From positions 453,149 to 517,148 of the forward strand of contig JBFWOS010000002.1 in NCBI GenBank assembly GCA_050250375.1: DNA of 64,000 nucleotides, in the 5' to 3' direction. Origin of the DNA: Candidatus Omnitrophota bacterium. GTDB taxonomy: Bacteria > Omnitrophota > Gorgyraeia > Zapsychrales > Zapsychraceae. The number at the start of each line of letters is the position of its first letter. The first letter of the stretch is position 1. Of this stretch, positions 46,001-54,598 are shown in pieces. The notes beneath the pieces were generated by a model that did no database searches, had not been told where the DNA came from, and worked only from the letters and a program-made list of their open reading frames with translations. A program made the translations under genes and the position numbers.

Positions 46001-49000
46001 GGCTGGTGTGGATGTCGGCCTCTTTGTTCTGCCCGAGCTGGTCGTGGTAGACGGTGGCCTGCGCGCCCACACCCGTGCGCACGTAACGTCCCTTGGTGGC
46101 GAAGGTGAACATTTCATTGAGTTTGAGCGACTGCTGCAGGAGCCGGTACCAGATGATCTGCGCTTGGGCATCGGGGTCCGCGCCGGTTTCCCGGACCAGA
46201 TCCGTCATGCGGCCGGTGGCCAATGTTTCTTCGGACAAGACCTTGCCCGCGTAAATGGAATCCAGCATCAGGCCGATATTTTGTTCCGCGACGGCCACGG
46301 TGGTCGGGCCCGGGGCGTTGGTCACAACGATGTCGTTGCGGCTGGCCGCGTCCAGGTCGATGTTATGAACGCCGGTGGAAAACAGGATCAGTCCCTTAAT
46401 TTCGGATGTGTCAAAGAATTCTTGGTCAAAGGTCTCGTTCACGTACCCGAGGACATAGTCGTAATGTTTGGCCTTGACCAGATCTTTGAGTTTGCCGCGC
46501 ACGCCGGGGATCCAGTTGGCCGTGTCGTCTTCGACAATCTCGGAGTCCGGCTGGATGATGTCGAAGTCCACATTCCCCATCTTTTTATGCAGCATGGAAA
46601 TGATGTCCGGGCCGATGGGTTCAACAACAAGAATGCGCGCCCGCGGATTGGGGACTTTTAAGACCAGGAATTTGAGGCCGTGCATGGTTGTCTCTGTGAC
46701 TTCGAGTTTCGGCCCGCTGACCATCCGATCAATTGTGTCATCGGTGTGCGGGATCCCCATCGAGGTCAAGACCTTGGCGATCCGGTGGCTGGACAGGCGG
46801 TACTGGTTCGGATAAGGAAAAATGTCCGGCAGCTGATTGGTGTCCATGCGCCATTTTACGGAATTCCAGAAATCCGGCTGAAACAAATCGCCGTGGATTC
46901 TTGTAAATTCTTTCTGGAATATTAACGGGATTTTCAGTTCCGCGAACAGTAAACCCGGATACACCCGGAAACGGTTTTTGCTGTCTTCCCTGGCCGGCAG
47001 TGTGACGACCGGCGGCTGGACCTTGCGGTAACTGGGGGCTGTGCGGAATTCTGTTTCTTCAATGCGGCCCAGGCCGGCATTGTTCATATAAACGACCCGG
47101 CCCCAGGACGTGATCCCGAAATGCCTCAGCGACATGTCTAAAGGGAAAATCCCCATCGACGCCAAATGTTTGATGTTCCAGCCGATTTTAATCAGGATAT
47201 CCAGCTGGGCGGCCGCATCGCTCTGGGCCCAAATGTCGGCAACCGGCGTGATATGCCGCTGCGCGAACATATTGATAAATGTGATGTGCGTTTCATCCAC
47301 AAAAATATCGGCGCCGGCCTCGCGTTTGAGCAGATCGACCAGTTCCGGGTCTACCATCGAAATGGGAAAACGCACATTCGAATACGCCCAGGAATCCAGC
47401 AGCTGCCCGTGCCGGTTTGATTTATGGATATCGCGGTAGGTATCCACGATATGCCCCCGGTTGGGTGCGTTATCCCTGATCACTTTAATGACGATGGGTG
47501 ATCCGGGTACCGCCATGGTGATCGACTGGTCCCCGTCCCCCAGATATTGAAGCCTGTTTCCGCTTTGTTCCATTTGTTCGTACAGTTCACCGAGATAGAT
47601 TTGCTGGGAACGCTGCGTGAGCCCGACTAGGTCGTAAATCTGCGCGAGGCTGACTTCCGGGAAAATGTCGGCGATGAAACGGATGACCTCCGGAAAATCC
47701 GGCGCGTTGATCATGAACGACGAACGGGTCGAGGACAGCAAAAGGTTTTTTGAGGTTAAATAATCGGTGACGACCGCGTCGATGACGACGCCGTTGTTCG
47801 GGTGTTTCAGCGCGATGATCAGCGGCACCGGTTTGTCATTGGTCAGAAAACGGCCGACCACGTACGCGGCCTTGTTGCGGTAAAACAGGGGTTTAAGGAC
47901 TTCAATCCCTTTGATCTCGACGTCCGCAGGCAGATGGGACAGCTGTTCCTCCAGCATCGCCGCGGTGATTTCGATATCCGTATCAGGGGTTTCGTACAAA
48001 TCCCGCAGGTCAAAGTCGTTGAGGATGGCCTGCACCGTCTCGCGCAGCGCCTGCGGTCCCTGGTACGGGTGCTGATGAATGACCTTGTCCGCAGGTGTCC
48101 GGATCCCGGAAACGGGTGTTGTCTTGTAATCTTTACGTAAAGGAAAATATGTCAGCCGGCTCATGACGGAATCCAGGAAACTTAACAGCAGGTCCTGTTT
48201 GTAATAGTCCTCCTGCGTTTCATAGTTGTGGCGAAGCATTGTGCGGATTTCGTCCCAGATGTGGACGTCGTCGATATATTCGCCCAGGATCATGCCGATG
48301 ATCTGGGTGGTCTGGTTGCTGATGCTTTCCTGCATTTCAAGCCGCATCTGTGAATAAATCAGGTTGCCGCGCCAGTCTTTATCACGGAAGAAAATCCGGG
48401 CCTTGTCCGTGGTCCGTTTAAAATGCAGGTAATATTCTTCAAAGCTGTGCTGGAATTCCGTGACGGCGGCGTTGAGGGTGGTCTCGTACGGTCCGGCCCG
48501 GTAATCCAGGATTGTTTTTTTGCTGTAATCGGCGCGATGGCGCAGGATAAATTTAAACATCTGTTGGCGCTGGTCATCGGTCAGATCATTCTGCGCGCTT
48601 AAGGAAGATTGGTTCCAGTCGCTGGGCGTGATGGTGTTGTACGCGCCGAACACAAAATGGACATGTTCGGTTTTATCCGGATTGTCGATGAACCATTCCA
48701 TTTCCCGGGCGAGTTCGTCGCGTTGCGGATGCGAAAACAAGTCGCGCGGCACCAGGACAAAGACCGGTTTGTCTTCGGTCGCGCGGGACGTGACGGCTTC
48801 CAGCAGTTTTTCGGCCGGGACATTGTCTTCCGTAAAAAATTCCTGGAAGCTCTCCTGCCAGGTGGACAGGCCGGAGACGGCGGCCAGCGCGGGATAACTG
48901 TGCTGCCAGGTGTCGAACCCGAGCAGGTACCCCCCTTCATATCCGGACAGCGGGATCCGGTCGATGAAATCATAAACGGTCATGGCTTTTTGGCGGATCA

Positions 49001-50330
49001 TCTCAAATCCGTCAAGATTGGTCCCGTAGAATTCGTTTCTCAAATTCCGCAACTCTTCCGTTAGGTTCACCGGATGCAGGATTTTGATTTGTTTCCTCGC
49101 GATCATCTGGCGCAGGGTGTCGTCTGATAAAGGTGCTGCCTCGTCTTCGCCGGACAACATGGCGGTGTCCGCGTTGGCCCCGATGTCGTATAAATCGGCG
49201 GTGACCTTAAAGAGCCGGGTATTCTGCGCGGAGTAATCATTAAGCATGGCCTGGTCCCCGGGGGTCAATGCGGCCGGGTCGCCGGTCAGGACGCGTAAAT
49301 TCCGCTGCTGGACGGGAAGCAGCCCGCCGGAAAAATATTGCCGGGGTAACACCTTGTGACTGACCGGGTCGACGTCTTCTCGGATAAAATTATACACCCC
49401 CACTGTAAAGGCCTTCATATACTGCTCATAGATTTTAGCGTTGAGCGTTTCATCCGCCGAGTCAATGCCCCGGATTTTATTGCGGTTCACATACGTCTGG
49501 GCCAGCAGGCTTTTTTTCAGCGTCATTTTATACCAGGTGGCAAGGATCATGGCGTGATACATCTGGCGCAGCGGGGCAAATGTCTTGCCGTTGTTCACTT
49601 CCTTTTCAATTTCCGGGATGATGTGTTCCCGGATCAGGCCGGTCAAACGCTGGTCGTCTTTGACGGCTGATTCATCCGTCGGCCGGGCGGCATCCAGGTA
49701 ATCCTTTTCCAGCATGACGGTCAGGTGGCTTTGGATCACGTAAGCGCCCTGGGTGTGTTCGTACACCACCGCGTTGTCCGGAACGATCCAGATTTTATGC
49801 AGGAAATCATTAATATCCATTTCCGGCGCATTGGTCTCTTTCAGCGCTTTGGACCAGAAGGTCCGGCCGGGCTCCTGGTCGGGATGCAGGAGCGACGCCG
49901 TTAATTGTTTCAATAAATAGTCCTGGCTTAACAAATCCCGCCCCATCCCGGTCCGGCCCAGCCCTTCGGCCACCATCCGGTTTTGTTCGTGGGGTGATAA
50001 ATTGACCCACATTTCATCTTCGGGGACGGTTAAGGACGCTAAAAAATATTTGATCAGCCGGGCGGATTCATCCTGGAATTCGGCGCGGCCGTAGGGGTCG
50101 CCGCCGGCCTTGATCATAAAATCAAAACGCAAAGGGTGTTCGGGGTTAAGGATGATGCCGGTCAGCAGGGCGGGTGTGTAATTTTCCGTCGGTGTGATCA
50201 GGGTTCCGGGCACGGGCAGGTGGCTGGTCTGGGCAAGAAGTACAGACGGCGCCGCGAGTTGTATTAAGAAGACAAACGCGGTGGCGCAAACCAGGGCTTT
50301 AAATCCGAATTGTCGCGAAGAACGTGCCAT
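43041..50330 (-). CDS. Giant secreted multidomain protein (2429 aa): signal peptide, shared N-terminal module, full-length AceK-like isocitrate dehydrogenase kinase/phosphatase homolog, two tandem D-isomer-specific 2-hydroxyacid-dehydrogenase-like units, and the shared C-terminal module
   Basis: An ATG start with signal peptide ...SVLLAQ. The AceK-like segments include [16 protein letters not shown]..., [21 protein letters not shown] and [10 protein letters not shown]. The 2-Hacid_dh motifs are [33 protein letters not shown] and GHTAAAV, each present twice. Confidence 0.85.
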   Translation of the reverse strand: [2429 protein letters not shown]

Positions 50331-50415
50331 GAGTTAAACCTGTCCGTTTTTATGGATCACAGTCAACAAAAATAATCCGTTCACGGTTATTTTTGATTTG
50401 TTTTTGCACAGTTTT

Positions 50416-50463
50416 AACTAAAGTTATTATTGCAAACTGGAAGGATTGGGGAATTTGGAATCA
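50416..50463 (-). promoter_or_regulatory. Second copy of the bipartite giant-gene upstream motif (AACTAAAGTTAT ... GATTGGGGAATTTGGAATCA on the + strand)
   Basis: It matches 34002-34050. Confidence 0.5.
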
Positions 50464-50501
50464 ATATTGAATTGATATAAGAATATATTGTTTTAATATT
50501 A

Positions 50502-51614
50502 TTGTCAAATAATATTCTAAATTCCCCCGCTTTTATTTATAATAGCTTCATGACTACTTCCGTGTCGAACTCCAGTCTTCAGGAACTGATCAGCCAGATC
50601 AGCTCCATTTATCTTAAGGCGCAGGACGATTCTAAAAAACAGGTCAACCAGATCATTGTCGAGGCGTACTGGCAGATCGGCCGGCGGATCGTTGAGGTCG
50701 AACAGAAAGGCCGGCAGCGGGCGGTTCAGGGGGACGAACTCCTGATCAACCTCTCCAGAGCATTGAGCGAAACGTTGGGAAGCGGGTTTTCCATCACCAA
50801 TCTGCAATACATGCGGCAGTATTTCCTGGCTTACCCAAAACACCACGCGCGTGGTGATTTGCCCTGGACCCATTACCGCACCCTGCTGACGGTCAAAGAT
50901 CCGGAATTGCGGGCCTATTACGAAAAACAGGCCAGCACACACCAGTGGAGCAGCCGTGACCTGGACCGGTATTTAAAGCTGGACAAAGTGGAGCGGGAAC
51001 GTATTGCTTTGTCCGGTTCTAACCCAAAAGAGACGTCTGACCCGGAACCTGCTTTTGAGATTGTCCGGGGTCCCTTATACACTTATTCCCTGACCAATGC
51101 ACCGATGGGTCCATCCATTCAAAGCCCTTTGATGGTGGACTGCGGTTTTCAGATCTTTAAAGAAATGACTTTCAAAAAGATCGGCCCGCTCAAGAGCGGG
51201 GATCTCGTTTCCTGCAAAAAAACGTCCGATGATTTTCAGCTACGCAAGACCGACCTCCCTCCCGGCCGGCTTTATGTTTACAAGGCCCTGGTGGAACGGG
51301 TGGTTGACGGCGACACGCTCCTTTGCCTGATCGATGCGGGCTTCCACAATTGGACCCGCCAGCGTCTGCGTCTTCGCAACATCAACACCCCGGAAATCAA
51401 CACCCCCCGCGGCCAAAAGGCCAAGGCGTTTGTACAGGAATCCCTCACCCATTGCGAGTTTGTGATTGTCAAAACCTACAAGACCGATAAATATGACCGG
51501 TATCTCGCGGATGTCTTTTATCTGAACGGCGTGAAATATCCCGACGTGGTGGCCGAAGAAGGACGATTGCTCAACCAGGATTTGGTTGAGAACAATCTTG
51601 CAAGTTTGTATTAA
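50502..51614 (+). CDS. Fusion of a YhcG-type N-terminal domain (DUF1016_N) with a staphylococcal-nuclease-like (SNase/thermonuclease) domain. The start is uncertain: TTG at 50502 or ATG at 50550.
   Basis: The N-terminus (...QYFLAYPKHHARGDLPWTHYRTLLTVKDPELRAYYEKQASTHQWSSRDLDRYL) matches the YhcG N-domain. The C-terminus (VVDGDTLLCLIDAG...RLRLRNINTPE...PRGQKAKAF....DKYDRYLADVFY) matches the SNase fold motifs DGDT / R(L/I)xGIDxPE / DRYGR. Confidence 0.6.
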   Translation: MSNNILNSPAFIYNSFMTTSVSNSSLQELISQISSIYLKAQDDSKKQVNQIIVEAYWQIGRRIVEVEQKGRQRAVQGDELLINLSRALSETLGSGFSITNLQYMRQYFLAYPKHHARGDLPWTHYRTLLTVKDPELRAYYEKQASTHQWSSRDLDRYLKLDKVERERIALSGSNPKETSDPEPAFEIVRGPLYTYSLTNAPMGPSIQSPLMVDCGFQIFKEMTFKKIGPLKSGDLVSCKKTSDDFQLRKTDLPPGRLYVYKALVERVVDGDTLLCLIDAGFHNWTRQRLRLRNINTPEINTPRGQKAKAFVQESLTHCEFVIVKTYKTDKYDRYLADVFYLNGVKYPDVVAEEGRLLNQDLVENNLASLY

Positions 51615-51623
51615 ATAAATTCT

Positions 51624-52628
51624 TTATTCGGCTTTGGATTTTCTTGTCATTAAATTCGCGACGGCTTCGGCGGGTTCTTTGCCTTTGTAGAGGATGTTGT
51701 AGATTTCTTCGGTGATCGGCATTTCGATTTCATATTTTTGGGCGAGTTTGAAGGCGCTCTTGGCGGTCTCCACTCCCTCGGCGACCATGTCCATGGAATT
51801 GAGGATTTTATCGATGGGTTTGCCCCGGCCGATCTGTTCCCCGACGGAGCGGTTGCGGCTGTCGGGACTGGTGCAGGTCGTCACCAAGTCGCCCAGTCCG
51901 CTTAACCCGTTAAATGTTTTGGCCTTGGCCCCCATCGCTTTTCCCAGCCGGGAAATCTCGGTCAGTCCCCGGGTCAGGATCGCGGCCTTGGTGTTGGACC
52001 CGTAACCCAGCCCGTCACACACCCCGCAGGCCAGCGCGATCACGTTCTTCAGGCTGCCGCCGAGTTCCACCCCGGCCACGTCCGGGTTGGTGTAAATCCG
52101 GAAGGTCTGGGAATGAAAAATGGCCTGGAGTTTCTTGGCGATCGACATGTTTTTGCAGGCGATGACCGCGGTGGTCGGGATCTTTTTCGCCACTTCAACG
52201 GCGATGGTCGGTCCGGACAGGACCGCGATGTTATTGCGTTCGAGCTCCCGTTCAATGATCTGGGAAATACGCAGCAGGCTGTCGTGGTCGAATCCCTTGG
52301 TCACGCTCAGGATGATCTTGTCGGTCAGGTCGACCTTGGTTTTTTTGATCTGTTTGAGGACATCCGCCGTGAATTTTGACGGAACGGCAAAGACGATGAT
52401 TTCACAATGGGCCAGGGCCGCGGCCAGGTCGGCTTCCGGCGTGATTAATTTGGCCAAACGGACTCCGGGCAAAAATTTGGAGTTGTAGCGGTTCTTTTTC
52501 ATCTGGCGGACATAATCCGGAAACGGTCCCCAGAGGTTGACCGGGTAATTGTTGCTGGCGAGGTGAACGGCCAGGGTCGTCCCCCAGCTGCCGTCGCCAA
52601 TGATGCTGATCGTGTTTACTTTAGTCAT
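51624..52628 (-). CDS. gpsA: NAD(P)H-dependent glycerol-3-phosphate dehydrogenase
   Basis: The 334-aa product has the N-terminal Rossmann motif ISIIGDGSWGTTLAVHLA and a typical GpsA C-terminal domain. Confidence 0.9.
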   Translation of the reverse strand: MTKVNTISIIGDGSWGTTLAVHLASNNYPVNLWGPFPDYVRQMKKNRYNSKFLPGVRLAKLITPEADLAAALAHCEIIVFAVPSKFTADVLKQIKKTKVDLTDKIILSVTKGFDHDSLLRISQIIERELERNNIAVLSGPTIAVEVAKKIPTTAVIACKNMSIAKKLQAIFHSQTFRIYTNPDVAGVELGGSLKNVIALACGVCDGLGYGSNTKAAILTRGLTEISRLGKAMGAKAKTFNGLSGLGDLVTTCTSPDSRNRSVGEQIGRGKPIDKILNSMDMVAEGVETAKSAFKLAQKYEIEMPITEEIYNILYKGKEPAEAVANLMTRKSKAE

Positions 52629-52732
52629 AAATTCAGTCCAATCGCTGTTAACCCGTTAAAATTATACACAGGTTTTATTCGACTTAAAGTGAATTTCACG
52701 AAAATTTAAAACGGCCGAAAATCGGCCCCGGA

Positions 52733-54598
52733 TCATTTGTTGACTTGGAAAAGGACGAACGTTTCGTTTTCGTGGCGTTTGATGAGGGCGGAATTGCTGT
52801 TTTTCGGGGCGGCAAAACGGGTAAAAACAATGTAATCCGCCTTGTATTTGGCCAGGCCGTTGACGATGGCCGACTGCAGCGGTCCGTCGGGGATGACCTT
52901 AAAATGTTCGATGTCGGAGATCCGCTGTTTCCACTCTTTGAGGGCCGCGTAATCAAAACCGACAATCCCGCAGTCCCGGTAAGACACGATGATCTCGCGT
53001 TCCGACCCGATGCGGAAACCGCCCATTTCCATGTTGTGCGGGACCATCAAGAGCGCGTCCTTGGGCGTGTTCTGTTTAACAAACTGTTGCATCTCCTCCC
53101 AGTTGCGCTGCAGCTGCCAGAACCCCCCGCCTTTGGTGGTGATCCGGACATAATGGTAATGCAGGATTCCGAAATAAACCAGCATCACGGCCAGCGGGAT
53201 CAGCAGAAAACAGACCCTGGCGCACTTTACCGCCCCCTGTCCTTTCCTGAACGATAAAATCCCGTACAGGAGGCTTAAGCTCAGCGCACTGCCGGCCAGG
53301 AATTTCAATTTGCTTCCGGATAAATCAAAGTGCCGGTAAAGGACATAATACAGGACGGCAACCAGCGCGATATCCACGAGGCTGATCCATCCGATCTTCT
53401 CATCCGAATGACCGGTGACCACCGGTTCGCGGCGGCGGACCGCAACTGCCAGGGCCGTGACCGCCAAAATCAAGACGCCGATGATGTCCTTAAAACACAG
53501 CAGCATAAACAGGACCGCGGCCCAATACGCCTGGCTCAGGTTCTGCCCTTCCATTTTGCGTCCGATCCACACCGTCGTGTATCCCATCAGGATGAAATTC
53601 AGATACTGGGTGTTGCGGATGAGGTTCAGGTCGATGATAAAACGGCTGGGCACGTTGTATGAAAAAATGAAAGAAATAACCAGCAGTCCGAAAGCGCCCA
53701 GACAAACCGCCTGCGATTGTTTTGACTGACGGAACGGTTCGTTGAAGATTAGATTGAACAGATACAGGGCCATCAAAAACAGGTACGGTCCCAGGGCGAA
53801 CAGCGCTGTGGCGAAACCGGAAAAGACTTCCGTCAGCGGCCTGGTCTGGAATAGAAAATTCTGCGGGCAGGCCAGCATAAAGAGTTCCTGCCAGCCGTCG
53901 TAGAAACCGGGTGCGGCCTCGGGTCGGCTGAGTTTGTTCTGAATCATCCAGACCAGAAACGGCAGCGCGCTCATCACAAAAGCCGCGGAGGAAATCAGCA
54001 GTTGTTTAAAGCGCCGGTCCAAAAGCAGGTACAGACAAGCGTACATCATCGGAAACAATGCGTACAGGGCGTTAAAGTTGGCGGCGGCGCCGAACAGGAC
54101 GGCCGCGAGCACAGTCCGGTCCCTGTAAAGATAATAGATCCCGGCCATGATGACGGCCAGGGCGAATTCCTGGTGCGAAAAGGTGCGGTACAAAAATTCC
54201 TCGGTCCTCCCGATTAGAAATGACATCAGGACGGCGCTCACCCCAATCAAGGTGCTGCCCGAGACATGCCTCCACAATTTCAGGGAAAAGAAAAACAGGA
54301 AATAACGGCTGAGCAGATAAAGAAAAAGATAAGCCGCCGGGACCTGCTCGACACGGATGATTTTTGCCAAAAGCGGATAAAGATACGAGGTGAAATTTTT
54401 GGCCAGGCTCTCGACATAATAATCACCTTGGTAAAGTTCAGGATCAATAAGGTGTTTTAATAAGGGGATTTCAAGCGCCTGGTCGTCCCAGGCGTAGATG
54501 TAGCGGTTGGTCAGTAAAAACAGGGCCAGGATTATTCCGGTCAGAAGCCACTGGTTTTGGAAGAACTGTTTGAAATTATTTCCAGACAAAGACTTCAC
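52733..54598 (-). CDS. Large polytopic membrane protein, possibly a GT-C-type glycosyltransferase (partner of the adjacent GT2)
   Basis: The 621-aa product has at least 12 TM helices and a C-terminal soluble domain. It overlaps the upstream GT2 gene by 23 nt. Confidence 0.45.
   Translation of the reverse strand: MKSLSGNNFKQFFQNQWLLTGIILALFLLTNRYIYAWDDQALEIPLLKHLIDPELYQGDYYVESLAKNFTSYLYPLLAKIIRVEQVPAAYLFLYLLSRYFLFFFSLKLWRHVSGSTLIGVSAVLMSFLIGRTEEFLYRTFSHQEFALAVIMAGIYYLYRDRTVLAAVLFGAAANFNALYALFPMMYACLYLLLDRRFKQLLISSAAFVMSALPFLVWMIQNKLSRPEAAPGFYDGWQELFMLACPQNFLFQTRPLTEVFSGFATALFALGPYLFLMALYLFNLIFNEPFRQSKQSQAVCLGAFGLLVISFIFSYNVPSRFIIDLNLIRNTQYLNFILMGYTTVWIGRKMEGQNLSQAYWAAVLFMLLCFKDIIGVLILAVTALAVAVRRREPVVTGHSDEKIGWISLVDIALVAVLYYVLYRHFDLSGSKLKFLAGSALSLSLLYGILSFRKGQGAVKCARVCFLLIPLAVMLVYFGILHYHYVRITTKGGGFWQLQRNWEEMQQFVKQNTPKDALLMVPHNMEMGGFRIGSEREIIVSYRDCGIVGFDYAALKEWKQRISDIEHFKVIPDGPLQSAIVNGLAKYKADYIVFTRFAAPKNSNSALIKRHENETFVLFQVNK

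Noticed and set aside
50502-50549. TTG start of the YhcG-SNase ORF
   Set aside because: It is not rejected outright. However, an ATG at 50550 lies directly after a TATAAT-like box with no obvious RBS for either start, so the true start is unresolved.
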